Of a stretch of DNA of 64,000 nucleotides, positions 1-14,209 are shown in pieces. A program made the translations under genes and the position numbers. The first letter of the stretch is position 1. Every line of letters starts with the position of its first letter. The stretch is from Phoronis australis (lineage: Eukaryota; Animalia; Phoronida). Location of the stretch: assembly GCA_002633005.1 (NCBI GenBank), contig NMRA01000101.1, positions 883,151 to 947,150 on the forward strand, in the 5' to 3' direction. The notes under the pieces are model-generated. The model ran no database searches. It was not told the DNA's origin and worked only from the letters and a program-made list of their open reading frames with translations.

Positions 1-3000
1 CGAAATATTAATGCAAGGTTTTCGAAACACCATCTTGCAGTATCATCCATAACACACAGTCCACAAAACAAACTGCAATATAACTTGGGTGTACTGTCAT
101 CTAACTGCCCAAGCCTGTCTGAAAGGTTCAAGGCCGTCTAGACATCTACAGCTTGTACCCAGATGCTGATTAAAGTGTCAGTTGGTAGGACGTGTTTTTG
201 ACCCCAGTTTATGTTAAAAGTGCATGGAAAATATTGTTAATATGCTTTTAACTTGTTACCTAAGTACATTACACAATGTTTAATGAATGCCTTCACCATT
301 TAGAGCATACTCAATCTCATACAATCAATAACATTACAGCATTTACCTCCACTAATTCAGGTAATCTTCCCGGGGTGAAACAAAACAATGCTATATCTCT
401 AAGCAAGATCATGAATAAATTATTAACATACTTGTGTAAGTGTTAAGATTTGAACAACACAAAACAAAATCACTTGGGCTTGGATGAGTATGACCTAGCT
501 CTGAATATTTAGAGGGAGATATAGGACATAAACATTTTGTAGAAGTTACATTCTGACTTCCTAAAACAACTTTGAGGTGGTGATGCATTTAGGATATCTC
601 AAACCTTACACAAAAATTGGCCGTTTTTACAATATTTCATGGCTAGCAAAGTATCTTATCTTCATTCTCCGGGAACCTCAAATACCAAACATACATGGTG
701 AAGCGAGAAAAAAAATGAAAGCCCTCAGAGGAGCGACACTTGGTGAAATTGACTGATAAGACGACAGTGGAGATGGTGGTGGTGGTCAGAAATGAGTAAG
801 AAATAATCTTGTTCAACAGAAGGTAAACCAACAAAAGTGCAGCAAATATCAGTCATCAAAGGAACAGCGTTATCAGGAAATCCCAAATAATTAAAAAACA
901 AGACGTCCTAGCGAAAATGAAAAACAGCTTCTGGAACCCTAACAAAGTAGTTTCACAAAGTTCCACAAAATTTTCGAAAAATTTAAAATTTAGCATTTTT
1001 TTGCAATTGAAAGTCAAAAACCTCAAAAACGGTAAGTCTGAGAAAAATTGTTATTCGGGTAAGATCATTTGAAAGAGTATACCTAAAAGAATCCACATCC
1101 AAAAATTCACGTCATTTGCTCTTCCCGTTCAAAATGGCACCCCAGCACAATTGAAAAGTGATGAAAATGCGACTTTGCCCATCTTCAGGTATTACAGCAT
1201 TCGTAGAAGAAAATACAACCCAAGTGCCCACCATTAGTGTATCATACACCCGCTCATTCTTATGGCTATGCTGTAACACCTGAAGATGGCGGGAGGGGGG
1301 GGGGGGGGNTGGAATGACCAACCAAACCATTATGCCAGTGTAAACATGCTAGCGATTGGTGTAAATAGACCATTTTAAAATATTATGTTTTATTCTGTCC
1401 CAATTAAAACTTGTCACTTCTAATTTGTAAGGATATACAGATTGGCTGTTACTCAATTACTCAAATAAATGCATCAAACTAGCCAGAAACTCATTGTGAC
1501 ACGTAGCATCAGCATGGAACAGAGAGAGGCACTGTCACTACTGTCTAAGTTAGATGTTGAAAAATGGAGAGCAGTGAGTGACAGACAGAGCAATCATCAC
1601 ACTGCTTGGCACCAACTAATCTCACAAACATTTTCATTGTGACACATGCATTCATTAAGTTGACAAATGAGCAAACACATAATTATCTAGTTAAATAGAG
1701 AGATGAAGTTGTATAATCCACTACTTAAACAATACCCAACTCAGACACAATACAGACTTGTGACTGTGGCATAACATACATGTAGACGGTTGTGTGTAGC
1801 ACATCTTGAATTCCACTGTGTAGTCACCTTGTTCCAATAAGAATTACAGTGAAAGTGACTAGTGTACATGGATAAGAAGACCTGTAATTTCGCTAATATA
1901 AATCTACAATTTTGCACAAAAATAGAAGCCACAACTTCAAAAGACTGACCGAGACTGTTTACAAACATACCACACTCATTGGATCCTGAATGAGCAACAT
2001 CAGATCAAGTCATAAGGTAACGCGTACACGACGCAGTTTTGAACTCGCCCTTTTAGGACTGGTCAGCCCCAATAACTCTGAGGCATTTCTTGAGATGCTG
2101 ACGTTTTCGAAGATGTTACAGAAACATAACTCTGCCACAATAAGGAATATTTGTGAGACCAATTTCAAGAGCATGATTTAAAAGGACTTTGATTTTCATT
2201 TTTAGCCAGCAAAATAGGGCAAAATCCAGCTTTAAGAAATTTGAAAACTAAAATTCCACATGTCCACCATTTTGTGTGCAGGATTGGAACCCATTACTCT
2301 CCAAGTATGTTATTGTTATAATTTTAGGTTTGTTTGTTTCTTTCTTAGTTACACACGGCATGTCGTCAATTCGAATTCAGATTTTGTGGACCTGGTAAAA
2401 ATCCCAGGTTTCCATGCCACTTACGAGCACAAACTCAAAATACTACAGGAAGTAAACAGAAAGAAGCCCCGATTGTGTCTCAGTAAGTGAGCTTGTGTGC
2501 AGAATATTGGACCTAAAAGGGACAAACTGGTAGTCACCAAGCATGCGAAACACTGAAAAAAATTTCATAGAGCAAAAAATGCTCTTTGGGCAATCATTTG
2601 CCAAGTTTGCCAGTTTTTCACTTCCGGTTATTCGTTTACTTTATTTCAGTTCTTGTCAACGAGATTTGGTAACCTCAGCTCCTGATTCGCAACCTGGAAA
2701 TTTTGCAGGTCTCATTTGGAAGGTAGAAGTTATGCTAAGCGTAAAGTTCTTTGTTACCAAGTATACTGCACTCGGGTAATGGCACTGACTCTAACTTAGT
2801 TGCAAGTGTAAAGGATCAAAGCACACTCTTAGGTGGCACTGTTTCCAGTCAGATGCTCTTAGGATTAGCTTTCAATTTATCAAAGTTAACGTGGAGGTCT
2901 AATGCAGTCGGAAAATAACAGGAAATTGGCATAGTCGCTGAACTCTTGAAAAAGAGCATTGACTAATTTTAGAACTCTCAATGCGATCATTGAAGCTGAG

Positions 3001-5651
3001 ATTGATTGAGAGTGTGGTTAACGATATGGGTCCTGTAGTCATGAAAGTCCAAAAAGCTCTCATGTCCCCGCAGTTATTAAAACACTTGGGGACCTATTAT
3101 TCCAGCACACACAAGTGGAAATAAAGAATATCTACGTGGCTAAGTTGTGTACGAAGGACGAGGATATGTTTATTTACTGCACTGATTTTTAGGACAATAC
3201 TCTCTTATGTTTTCACAAATAAGCAAGTAGTACAAACTTCATATTGTACACTATACCATGTCTGTGTCATCAAGATAAACAAGGCTAGAGCAGTTCACTG
3301 AGTTTGATCACAGGTTGTATCATGGACTGTCGTGCAAAATACTTTAATAAGCCAACAATGTTCTTACCCAGTGATGCGTGAACTTCAGAATGCAGAGACT
3401 CTACAGGCACACAACCTCAACTGATCATCAGTGTGCCATCCACGACAGACAGCAAGCAACAGGCTGGCCTAAATGTTGACTTCAAAAGTGTCTGAGAACA
3501 GCGCGTTTTTCTTAAATTTTACACTTCTGAGTTTTCTTCAGTGTACTTGGTTTCACCTTTGATTAAAAAGGTGAAAGAAAAATAGATGTTTTATTTTCAC
3601 AGTGTTGTTTTCAAACATCTTCCCCCCCCCCTCCCCAGTCACTATTCTGTTAGAGTCCAGTAAAAGACTGACTAGTAAGTGGTGGTATCCAGAACCACAT
3701 TAATCCCTGGAGATAAACAAGTTACATAACCCTTGCACTATTCATTTCAAGCTTTTTGTGTTGCTTTTGTGTTTTGCCAATTTATAAAGCACACGGAATC
3801 TTCCATTGGATTTACCATTTTCATTCACTTGAAGCAGATAAAACAGCAATAAATTGCACGTTGATGCACCTGTTATTCCTTAAAATGAATTAATCAATAT
3901 CCATCGGCATATCCCTATATCTACTTTTGAATTTCAGACATACCATATTCTGACAAATTCTTAATCAGCATAACCCAACTTCTATTCACTTTTCTAGCTC
4001 CTCTCAATGTGACACGCTCGGATATAATGCTTTCTAGCGCTTTCTGGGCTTAACTCATTGTATTTTTCGAAATAAAAATTAAAAAGTTTGATATTATCAT
4101 TCATAGTTTTACTACATGAAAAATGACAGGTATGTTTTTATTGGCTAAGATATTATGTAACTCTTAAATCTTCAGCTCTCATCATCTCTCATACAGATGA
4201 CAATACATAAACATCATTTAGTGTACTGCAAACAGGAATCACGTCTTCTACTATTTGGAAAACTGGCATAATGACACCTATTAATGGAAAGTTCAAAAAT
4301 CACTTGTTTCAAACTGTAGACCTATGACATATTCTCCACACTATGACCACTTGAAATCAATTACGCGTCTGAACCAGTCATATTTTAAAAAAGCTAGCCA
4401 TTGCTACTTTGTGGCAAAAGCAAACAACACCCGAATTTCATTGTAAGTTTGTAAGTTAGTAAGTTTCAACAATGCCACAATATCTGTCGAGCACTTCTGT
4501 TGCCTCGTTTTTATGCCATTGGGGTTTCACATGTTTTTATCGTCATATGCTTTACAAATGTTTCTCAGCCACATTGCTCTATTCATCCTTCCAATGCCAA
4601 TGAAGTATCACTGTCGCATGGCGGGCTACAACTGCGACGGGAGAAAACTTTATTTGGTGAGTGATCAAGAGCATTTTGCACACTGTTTTTGACTATATAA
4701 TGATTTATTAAGAGGTAACATCCAGAGTTTTGATGTAGATGCAAACCCATGTTTAACAGCTGGTGGGTTAGTTAGGAATCATTCTGAACAGTAAACCACA
4801 AGGCAAACAGCACATTGACGGTAATTTCGCTAAAAAACAATTAGAACTATATTTACTATATATCTTATTCCCATAATTAAATCACAACCTCGGAAAAACA
4901 ATTCACAAAACTATTTTTTGGAACTTACGGCTTCTCGCCAGATTTCATGCTACCAAGGTCACTACAAGACGACCATGAGTGATATTTCTGCACCGTTACC
5001 GTTTCAAATCCAACAAGAGCAACGCACTGTACACAAGAGGTCGCGTTCATTTTACCAATCAACAGCATGTGTATTTTCGGTGATGTAAAGCGAGTGTTCT
5101 GGAGATTTTTTAAGCTCTTGGACACTCTGCTTAATACTCGTATGGTTTTGTCTGACTGACAGCGCTGTTAGATGCACTTAACCAATAACTTTATGTATTG
5201 TATGACATAGTTAGTGGGTACAACAAAAGGTCTTTTAAACTTTGATTCCCTTTGATTTAGACGAGTCCAAACCGAACCCACCCCCCACAACAACCCCCAC
5301 TCCCTATCCTGCTTATCCGTTGATCGCATGACCTATAATATGGCTGGCGATCGCGAATACGTGGACTCACGTGCTGGCTGTATTCCATAATGTTGAATAG
5401 TAGGTGACTTTTTATCTAAATGAAATTCGAGTTTTCTCTGGGGATCATATGTTGTCTTCTCAAGAGAATGCATTTTCCCCCCAAGAGGGCAATATACATC
5501 CTCTCCATGAATCACATTTTTATGAGAGGACAATATATTTCCTTAAAAAACATATTTGATCCTGAGAGAAGAACTTAATTGGTCGAATATCTTCTCAAAT
5601 GTTGTTCATTTCACAAAAAGGTGAATGTAAACTGGTGGTCATTGTCCAGTA

Positions 5652-6173
5652 TAGACGATGACCACCTTCTCTAGCCGACCACAGACGGTGTAGCTCCTAT
5701 AGGAAATTTTTTGGTGAATTATGCCTCACAATGACTAAAACTTCAAAATACCTTTTGCACAAAAAGGGACACCTTAGGAGACCATCGACGTATTTAATTC
5801 CTTCCAACTCGAAGAAACACTCCCATTATCAATTTTTTTCTTCGAGCAGTCCCTAATTCAGTTCCCAAAAAGAGTAATGCAATACCACCTGCTGCGCGCA
5901 GTGTTAAAAATGGCGAGTTTCCAATTTTGGGAACTAAACGAGGGACTACTTGAAGAAAAAGTTTGATATCGGGAGTATTTCTTCGAGTTGGACGGTATCA
6001 AATACATAGATGGCCTCCTAAGGTGTCCCTCTATGCACAAAAGATATTTATAACAACGTGACTTTGATGTTTTAGTCAGAGTGAGGCATAATTCGCTGAA
6101 AAACTTCCGGCATATGAAGCTCCTATTGGAGCTACACCGTCTCTAGCTGACTAGAGACGGTGGTCACTGTCTA
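5652..6173. mobile_element. Fold-back (long inverted repeat) non-autonomous DNA transposon, Mutator-like
   Basis: ~220-bp left arm (TAGACGATGACCACC...CAGTTCCCAAAA) is the imperfect reverse complement of the right arm (TTTTGGGAACTA...GGTGGTCACTGTCTA). Flanked by direct repeat TGTCCAGTA at 5643-5651 and 6174-6182. Confidence 0.85.
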
Positions 6174-7187
6174 TGTCCAGTAGAGCTGCAGCATGTATAT
6201 TTTGTCATTTCATTTTAATGTATTGCTAGGAAGCTTTTAAACGAGCATGCCATATCAACTATTAGTAGACTCTGGTGACCTAATGTCGTGAATAAATGCA
6301 TAAAAAGCAGCCGATTGTACTACTACCCAATGTCCGTTAGCAGCTGCTCATGTGATGTCATGGACATGTATCAGCCTTCACAAATATACATGTTTTTACA
6401 GTCTTAACTCATGTTTGTCACCGTAACCAGAGTTTTCAAACGGTCGCTCATATCGACGTCCATTTTGAATGAGGCACTTAAGTCGTGACTGTTTTGTTTA
6501 GATGGAAATGCATGAAGTAAGGCCACACAAATCAACTACAGTGCTTACAGTTAGTCTGGACGACATAAAAACGCATTGCATTGTTTAATAATTCAGTTTC
6601 AATTGAAATAAATTGTTGTGTGTTTTGCACCCACAGACGTTTTCAATGAGATGTTTACGCAAAATGCTCAGAAGCCAGCATCAGTTATCTCTCTGTATTT
6701 TATTGCTTTGGCTTTACAAAACTTGATCGACCCTGGGACATTTTGATACATTGTTCAAGCTACCCTTGGAGCGCGTGTTTGAGCAAATCTGAACGATGTA
6801 TATTTTCGAAGACATATTCTGAAAATGCATAAAAAAGTGGATTAGTGAAATATGTTGTTTTTAAGATACATTTGAAAAAAGAAGCCACTCACTTGAACTG
6901 TTTATAATCATATTGTGAATATCAACACGTCCCGGTATTCGTTTGACGTTCGTAAGCAGACGAATGCTGGAAACTTCAAAGCTGGATGTTGTGGGACCAC
7001 GCAGAAGAGGAAATGAGATCGTTCACGACTTTAGGGCACTCACGACTTAAGACCTCCGACGGTATTACCAAAAAAATCAGTAACTTAGATACGTTTTTGG
7101 ATTTTAATGAAGAGGGGATTCAGGAAATACTATCAACTGGCTCAATTTTGAAATCGGGGTGAAAAATGTCACCTTCTTGATACTTAC

Positions 7188-7350
7188 TTTCTGAAATTTT
7201 GGTTAACCTGAGCACATCATCAGGCGTGACGACTTCTTTATTGAGCAGATCTTCTTCGTTAATTGGGCCTTTCTTGTCAGATTTTGCCTTAGCTTGTCGC
7301 GCCAGAAAACCGCCTCCTTTCTTTTTCCCGCTCGCCATTTTTGTGCTCAT
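7188..7350 (-). CDS. UNC119: UNC119 lipid-binding chaperone, first coding exon (gene continues beyond left edge)
   Basis: Translates MSTKMASGKKKGGGFLARQAKAKSDKKGPINEEDLLNKEVVTPDDVLRLTKISE, matching the UNC119 N-terminal motif (E.L....I.P.DVL.L..IT..YLC). Ends in a phase-1 donor A|GTAAGT at 7187. Second in-frame ATG at 7338. No downstream exons recognised in 1-7187. Confidence 0.85.
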
Positions 7351-8675
7351 GCTTATTCCAGAATAAATATGAAACAGTCTCCTCAAAAATTTAATATTGA
7401 AGCGCACCAAAGTGAAGATAAAACACCTTAGCCGCTTAATTTACCGCTACTTAGTTACAGCAGAATTTAATCTTCCTCCACTATGGCGGACCCTTGAGAA
7501 TTGCATTGTGGGTTTCAGCAGCGCCACCTACAACAGTAGAAATTCCTTAGCTGCGGCAGTGATCTCGCGCGGTGGCAAAGACTAAGGCCATTCAAGTAAT
7601 AGCTCATTGGTCAACGATATTTTAATATTGATATTATAGGAAATTTATAGCTGAGGTGTAGGAGCTTTACGTTTAAGTTGTCGTGAGTACTTTCATCTGG
7701 CAATCTTATTTTAACGTTTTCCACCTCATTCATATCCCGGCCGGGTAAACTTTTCTTGAAGACTTAAAAAGTTTAATTTTCTAAAAAGTGAAAAGGGTAT
7801 ACCACATGTGGAGAATTTCTCGCTTACACTGGTGACCGCTCTGATTCCCTAAATCCCAGACCAGACAACTTTTACAATGCCAGGCGCCCTTGTATGGAAG
7901 TAGGTCAGAGCTAATGAAGGTGAGGTGGTTGCTACCATTACTGTCTCAACAATGGTTGTTGGTTTTCTTTGACCTTTTGCAGGTTATAGCCTGCAACACT
8001 GCAGAGAGTAGTTTTAACTTGGTACATTATAAATATTACAAAATTTCTAAAAAGGCTAACTTGTGTTTATCTTCGCAACTGAAGGGCCACTTCCCAAAGG
8101 AACGATAAGTTTCATTTTGGTTTTCTTTATTTAATTTTTAATGCTTCTGCCCACTTGTTTTTTTTTTCTTACCGGAAGGGGTTGATAACTTTTTATCTAA
8201 GTTTTGAACTTGAAGTACCAAAACAGTGGGAGATTTTGATCGTCAGCTAAACTTAATTAGTTCAGTTCGAGCCCATCGACCCTAAACTTACCACATTACA
8301 GGTACACTAAACATTTCACGTGTCATTAAAATTTAATATTTATTAGAACTCAAATCAAGTGGGCACAACAACTGTTTCCTGGTCAAATATTTGGTTAAAC
8401 GAGATTGAAAGAATATTAAAAAATGAACCCATGTGATATTGTTAACTCTGATCAGCGTTTGTATATCCACAGAGTATATCAATGTGCGCGGTAGTTTATC
8501 TTCAATCGTACCCAATGGTTGTAGTTTTTAGATTATTAGTTCATCGATTTTTAAAAATCGAAAACCGTATTTGGTTGTTTTTTTTTTTCAGCTGAATACC
8601 GCCGTGGTGTTCGTTTATAACGAAAATTAGTGGTTAATACATTTTGAAAATTTGCCAAATTTGTCCCGAATGATA

Positions 8676-9275
8676 TGTGATAGTTCGTGCGTCGCAAGCT
8701 CGTTACGTGAGATGAAACCAAGACCTGGGTAGGCGATATAAAGTCATTTATTTATGACTAATACAATTACAAGTAAGGTAATTCATACTGGGTCTTGCTC
8801 GCATCGGGCAATGTGGTCACCACAATTGTACCTGATTCCGGCGCCGCGCTCTTTTTGATTCTGGTACAAGCAGCTCAGATCGAAGGACGAGCGGTGAAAA
8901 TTCCCGCATATCTAGATGTAACAGAGCAAGTCTCCACTGAACCTCAAAATATGTATTTTCTCTCACCAGGCATTCGTTTCAGTTCAATTTGCACATGATA
9001 ACATCAACTTTCCATGAAAGCAAAAGAAGGAAACACCCTTCTCCTAAGCCTGTCGCTAGCGAAGTGCCCGACACATACAGTCGCGCCCACATGCCCCCGT
9101 AACAAAGGCGAACAGAGACGCAACAAAGACATTAGCATAAGAATAACTGAACATTTGCAACTAAATAAGAATAACAATAAGCGTAAAGTTACGAACGTCC
9201 CGTCACATAGAAATGCGCGACTTCCTTGTAAGCGTATTATTCAAGGTATGCAAATCCAGTTTTAGCCTATCAACA
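8676..9275 (-). mobile_element. Solo LTR (Ty3/Gypsy-type by TSD length), 600 bp
   Basis: Termini TGTGATAG...CTATCAACA (TG..CA with short inverted ends). 4-bp TSD GATA at 8672-8675 and 9276-9279. Minus-strand AATAAA at 8747-8752, ~70 bp from the 3' end. Confidence 0.75.
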
Positions 9276-11659
9276 GATATTAAATGCGTCTCAAATATTC
9301 AATTCTCTGAAACAAAATGATGCTCTGAAACCCACCCACAACCCTAAAAAGTGGAGTGTTAAACGGACAAGCGAAAAATACGGGGAAAGATTACTCACAA
9401 GGAACAATAATATCTAATCCTTGACATAGAAAGTATGAATTTTTCGCTGATTCCTGTTTATATCGTCCAACATTGACGGCAGCGATGCATCCGTCGGTGT
9501 CACGACGAGGATTGGCTTAAACCATCAAAAGAGGGATTAGTATCTTTTTAAAGTTGCACATTTTCGTTTACTCGGCCAACCAATTTGTTAAAGAATAACA
9601 AAATGTTGAAATCTGGAGTTCGTGTACAATGTGTCATTATTGCTTCAGGTATGTTTCAAAAACATTCGTTGCCGGGTCACAAACAAATTCAACGCGCAAA
9701 ATATGTAAAAATAGCAGCAAATAATTGTAGAATTATATTTTAATATAGTCTAAAAACTACTTTAGCCAAATACCTGCACAGTTTTGATGTTTATGCTAAA
9801 AAGGTGATCGGAAACTTGATACCATTTGGAATTTGTTTAAATCAGTTACAGAAATGAATTTTAGTACAAACTCGCTTTCTCAACACGTATTCTCAAACGG
9901 TGTTCATTCAGCATGATATCGTTTTTTCAAGATAAGAACAGAACAATATACAAACTGTCGTAATTCTAGGCCGCTAGACTGGTTTTAAAAAATTTCAAGA
10001 CCCCTGGAAACGCTGCGAAAAAGACTCCGACGTATGTCATGCATGCACACACTTTTCTTGTCTATCTTTTCATGATCGACAACTTTAATGACTTTGGCTA
10101 AAAAACGTTTTAACTGTACTTTTTGTCTGGGAGCCTGTGCCCAGTTGGATGAAACATTCCCAAATAGTGGCTCTCAATTAAGTTCTCCAAGTCTTTTGCG
10201 TATTTTTGTCTTTCTGTACTCACAGGTGTAATCTTTTTCTACCATTCCATTTTTAATTACGAGCTCCTTTTTAACAAATGACATTTTACTAATAGAACTA
10301 AGAACTGAGCTTTAAGTTTAATGAAAATAAATAGAAACTTACTCCAGAAGTAAGGGGCGCTGAGTGAAAGATTCCTATTTATTTCCGATAATATTGAGAA
10401 TAACATCGACTTCACTCCAAGCCAAAAGTTGGTTTACTAATGAATTAAAACAGTACCAGAAAAGTATCTTCACAAGTTCACAGTAGATTTAGGGAACTTA
10501 GCTGAGTTTTGTGTCCCTTGGACTTTTTATTCGTCAACAGGCGTGATTTCTCGTAACTTCCTCAAAATGGCACCCGGTGAGAGAAACTCGAGCGAATCGC
10601 CGAAGATTTTCATGGATGTGTTCAAGTTACGTTGACTAAATTTTATTCAGAGTCATGGTATGTCTTAATTATAACTCCATGTGCATTTATGCGTGTTTCA
10701 TTCGATTTTATTTGCTGTATTTTGAAATGAGTAACTTTTTATGGGGATGTACTATGGCCCCTGTATGCCTGCGGCATCCAGGGCGATGTAATTGCCTACA
10801 AGTAGCCCATCATACGAATGCCTGGAAGCAGGAACAAGGGTACATTTATGACTTAGTCTTGACTATAAGGACACGAAAAACTGTCTTTTACTGCCACTAA
10901 TGTGTTTTTAAGGTCAGTTGCTTTACTTTTAATTGTTTACTGTTCCTTTCATTCAAACGCGCCTTCCATCACTAACAAAATTTGATTTGTACTATCTTCC
11001 ATTCTGAAATTGGCCCCATTTTTCCTGTCAAACCTGAGGCGATTTCAAGCTTCCAAGTAAGCCAGTTCGTTATTGTTTTAGACAAAGTTCTACAAAATGG
11101 CTTGTTACGGAGTATCATGTCAGGCATCACAAACTGTCAGTTTTTTGTCAACCCAGAAGTCACTTCCCATTTGATTATGGCGCATCAGAGACCCATTTCA
11201 CGGCGACAATTGAACTAGAAATTTCGCTTTTGAGGACACAGCAGGGATTCACTAGTAACCCGCACAGCTTAAAAGATATTAACAATATGATCTTGACGAC
11301 ATAACTGGCCTTAACTCAGATGAAAAGGAACTTCAGGACTTTGAAAATGGAACTTGGTGGAGCACGTACGATACAAAAAGGACCTGTGACGCCATCTAAC
11401 GGAGACTGGCCTCCAGCGTTGACCAACTGTCGGGGCTTTCATGGCCAAGACAGTTTGACGCCAATTTCCTAATAATAAGCGGTCTAAAACAAGATTACTT
11501 TTATGACGTAAGGCATAGTCATGGCTCCTTTCATTGGATTTTATATTTGTTTTGCATTGTATTAGTTATACACCTGTTCTATCTTACTAATCTCTAGGCC
11601 CTCCTAGAAATTAGTGTTCTTTCTACAAGAGACCACCCATAATAAATAATTACACGGCC

Positions 11660-11660
<1 letters not shown>

Positions 11661-11694
<34 letters not shown>
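11661..11694. repeat. (TAA)n microsatellite
   Basis: About 11 TAA units; produces the spurious poly-Ile ORF 11650-11853. Confidence 0.95.
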
Positions 11695-12269
11695 CACAAT
11701 GTTATCACCAGAGAACAAAAATTCTGACACTGATTCTTGGATTTGACATTCATATTGCCCATAAAGTGGAAGAAAAACCATCATTATGAATAACCCACAA
11801 AATGCAAGTACTACACAAACACTAAGAACGAACAAGGAGATGGATTGAGGCACATATTTATTTAATACTATATAAATTACAGCATCTTAATTTTGATATG
11901 AATGAATATAAAAGTTTATTAAAGTGGTCAGTAAAGTTTAGCAACATGCTGTGAAAATAAAATCTTTTCCTTACAGGATGATCAGCTTTCACCAAATCTT
12001 CATCTATATCGACTCCAAGTGTGTCGATATGCCCTATGTACAAATCAGTTCATTGCTTACAACTGTATACAACTATTTACAGGCATGCAAATTTTGCAAA
12101 AACTGAGACATTTCACCTCAGTCAGATCCAGTGCTTGGGAAAAACTACACAACTTTCTTATGAACAAACAAATTGTCCAATGAGTTATAGCAAAGAACTT
12201 CGAGACACAAAAAGAAGGTGGAATGAAGATCCATCCAGAAAATAACACAAAATATGGGTCAGGTACTGA

Positions 12270-12845
12270 GTGATGAAGCTGGTGGTGATACAACGTTGTT
12301 AAGTGAAGCACTCTGATGTCACAGTAAAGAGTGACGGAGCCAGTTGTGAAGCTCTCTGATGTCACATTAATGAGTGATGGAGCCAGTTGTGATACAGAGT
12401 TGTTTAGTGAAGTTCTCGGATGTCACATCAGTCAGTGATGGAGAAGGTGATATAGCATTATTTAGTGAAGCTCTCTGATGTCACATTAATGAGTGATGGA
12501 GCCAGTTGTGATACAGAGTTGTTTAGCGAAGTTCTCTGATGTCACATCAGTCAGTGACGGAGAAGGTGATATAGCATTATGCAGTGAAGCTCTCTGATGT
12601 CACATTAATGAGTGATGGAGCCAGTTGTGATACAGAAATGTTTAGCGACGTTCTCTGATGTCACATCAGTCAGTGACAGAGAAGGTGATATAGCATTATT
12701 TAGTGAAGCTCTCTGATGTCACATTAATGAGTGATGGAGCCAGTTGTGATAGAGTTGTTTAGCGACGTTCTCTGATGTCACATCAGCCAGTGATGGAGAA
12801 GGTGATGATACAGCGTTGTTTAGTGAAGCTCTCTGATGTCACAGT
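12270..12845. repeat. Minisatellite, ~119-bp dimeric unit made of two related ~60-bp monomers
   Basis: Alternating GAAGCTCTCTGATGTCACATTAATGAGTGATGGAGCCAGTTGTGATACAG.. and ..TTCTCTGATGTCACATCAGTCAGTGAYGGAGAAGGTGATATAGC.. units; about 4.5 dimers. Confidence 0.92.
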
Positions 12846-14209
12846 CTAATTGTAACACATGAGCTCCATTTCATATAAAATGTTGAGTTTGATTCAGTGT
12901 ACAATTCTTCAGCAAGTGACAGTTGTGCCAGTGTATAAACCCATATTCCATAAGACAAGAATTGGCGGAAAACCACAGCACCTTCTCTGATTATGCAGTA
13001 GTTAGTCACAATACATCTGTAGGACATTTGACCTACAGTTGTACACAGCTGTCATGCTTATCATTATTTTACTTTAGCATTAATTTCCCATTCACATCTG
13101 TTTTAGAAGACATCTTTTAAAGAAACACAAACTTCATGGAAGTAAGTATCATTTGATAGTAGCCATGGTGACAGGTTTCAACAGCACACCGTGCACTTAT
13201 AGTTGCAGCACATGTGAGTTGACACTACAACTTTTCTGACACGAGAAACACAGCAACTCCAGAACAAAATTTGGAGACCAGGCTTACATTTCCCAAATCA
13301 GAATCAATACCAGTTAAGACGACATAACTACCTGATATAACGTCTCTACATATTAGTCGAGACTTATATCCATGACAATAATAATAATGATATTGACTCA
13401 GAGACCATTTCAAGTAAACAACTGAATTGTTTAAAAAATGAGACACACGAAGGAGTGACTAAGTCCCTCTCTCTCTTTACAATACTGGCTGCACAATTAT
13501 TTAACCTTGATATTGGCAATCTTTTACCAATATAACAATACATTCCACAATTCTTGCATTAATTTGTGCCAAACTACTGTATGAAGTACAGGTTTCGTGG
13601 ACGAGAACTTTTAGAAGCATGAACAGGCGTATGAATTACTGGGCCCAACATAGCTACATATGCTATTCTTCACATTTTGAGACTGATAAAAGAAGGATCC
13701 ATCAACGAGTGATCACGAACACTGACCCAGATGCGACTCTCAAACTGTGACAATTCACGAGCAGGCACAGGACTGAATTAAAAGTCTTATCACAGACGTA
13801 TCTATTTATACAACTATCTACATTCAGTTTACCTATCAGCAGTGCACACTGGGGCTACCGTATCTTTTATCCTTGAGAATGGACAAATTTAAAAATAGAT
13901 AACCATAAAAATCACAAACAGAGCGGCTGGCAAAACTTTCACAAAGGGACCCTCAGTTCTACTGATCCCTGCACATATGAATATTGTGCGACAATATTTA
14001 GGATCCTAAATTTCAAGAATCAGTGTGTGTCATCTTCACTACAATTGACAAGGTGTAAGGAAATAGCTTGCCCACAAAATATTGCTATTTATCATGTTCT
14101 CTAAATACTGTACACGGCATTGACGGCGAATCGGTGTAGAAAACAGTTCACATACCATTCTACTTATTTTCTCACCACCATGTAAAAGTAAAAATAAATC
14201 TCTTGGTGA

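Noticed and set aside
850-2830. Repeat-like stretches in the UNC119 intron (and at 9430-10250)
   Set aside because: Look like decayed transposon interiors, but no TIR/TSD pair could be established by eye.
4929-5125. ORF ending at a GTAAGT donor in the UNC119 intron
   Set aside because: Phase 2 in its frame, incompatible with the phase-1 UNC119 intron; no recognisable homology.
12270-12845. Regular repeat array superficially like CRISPR
   Set aside because: No unique spacers (units alternate A/B), no cas genes, eukaryotic context.
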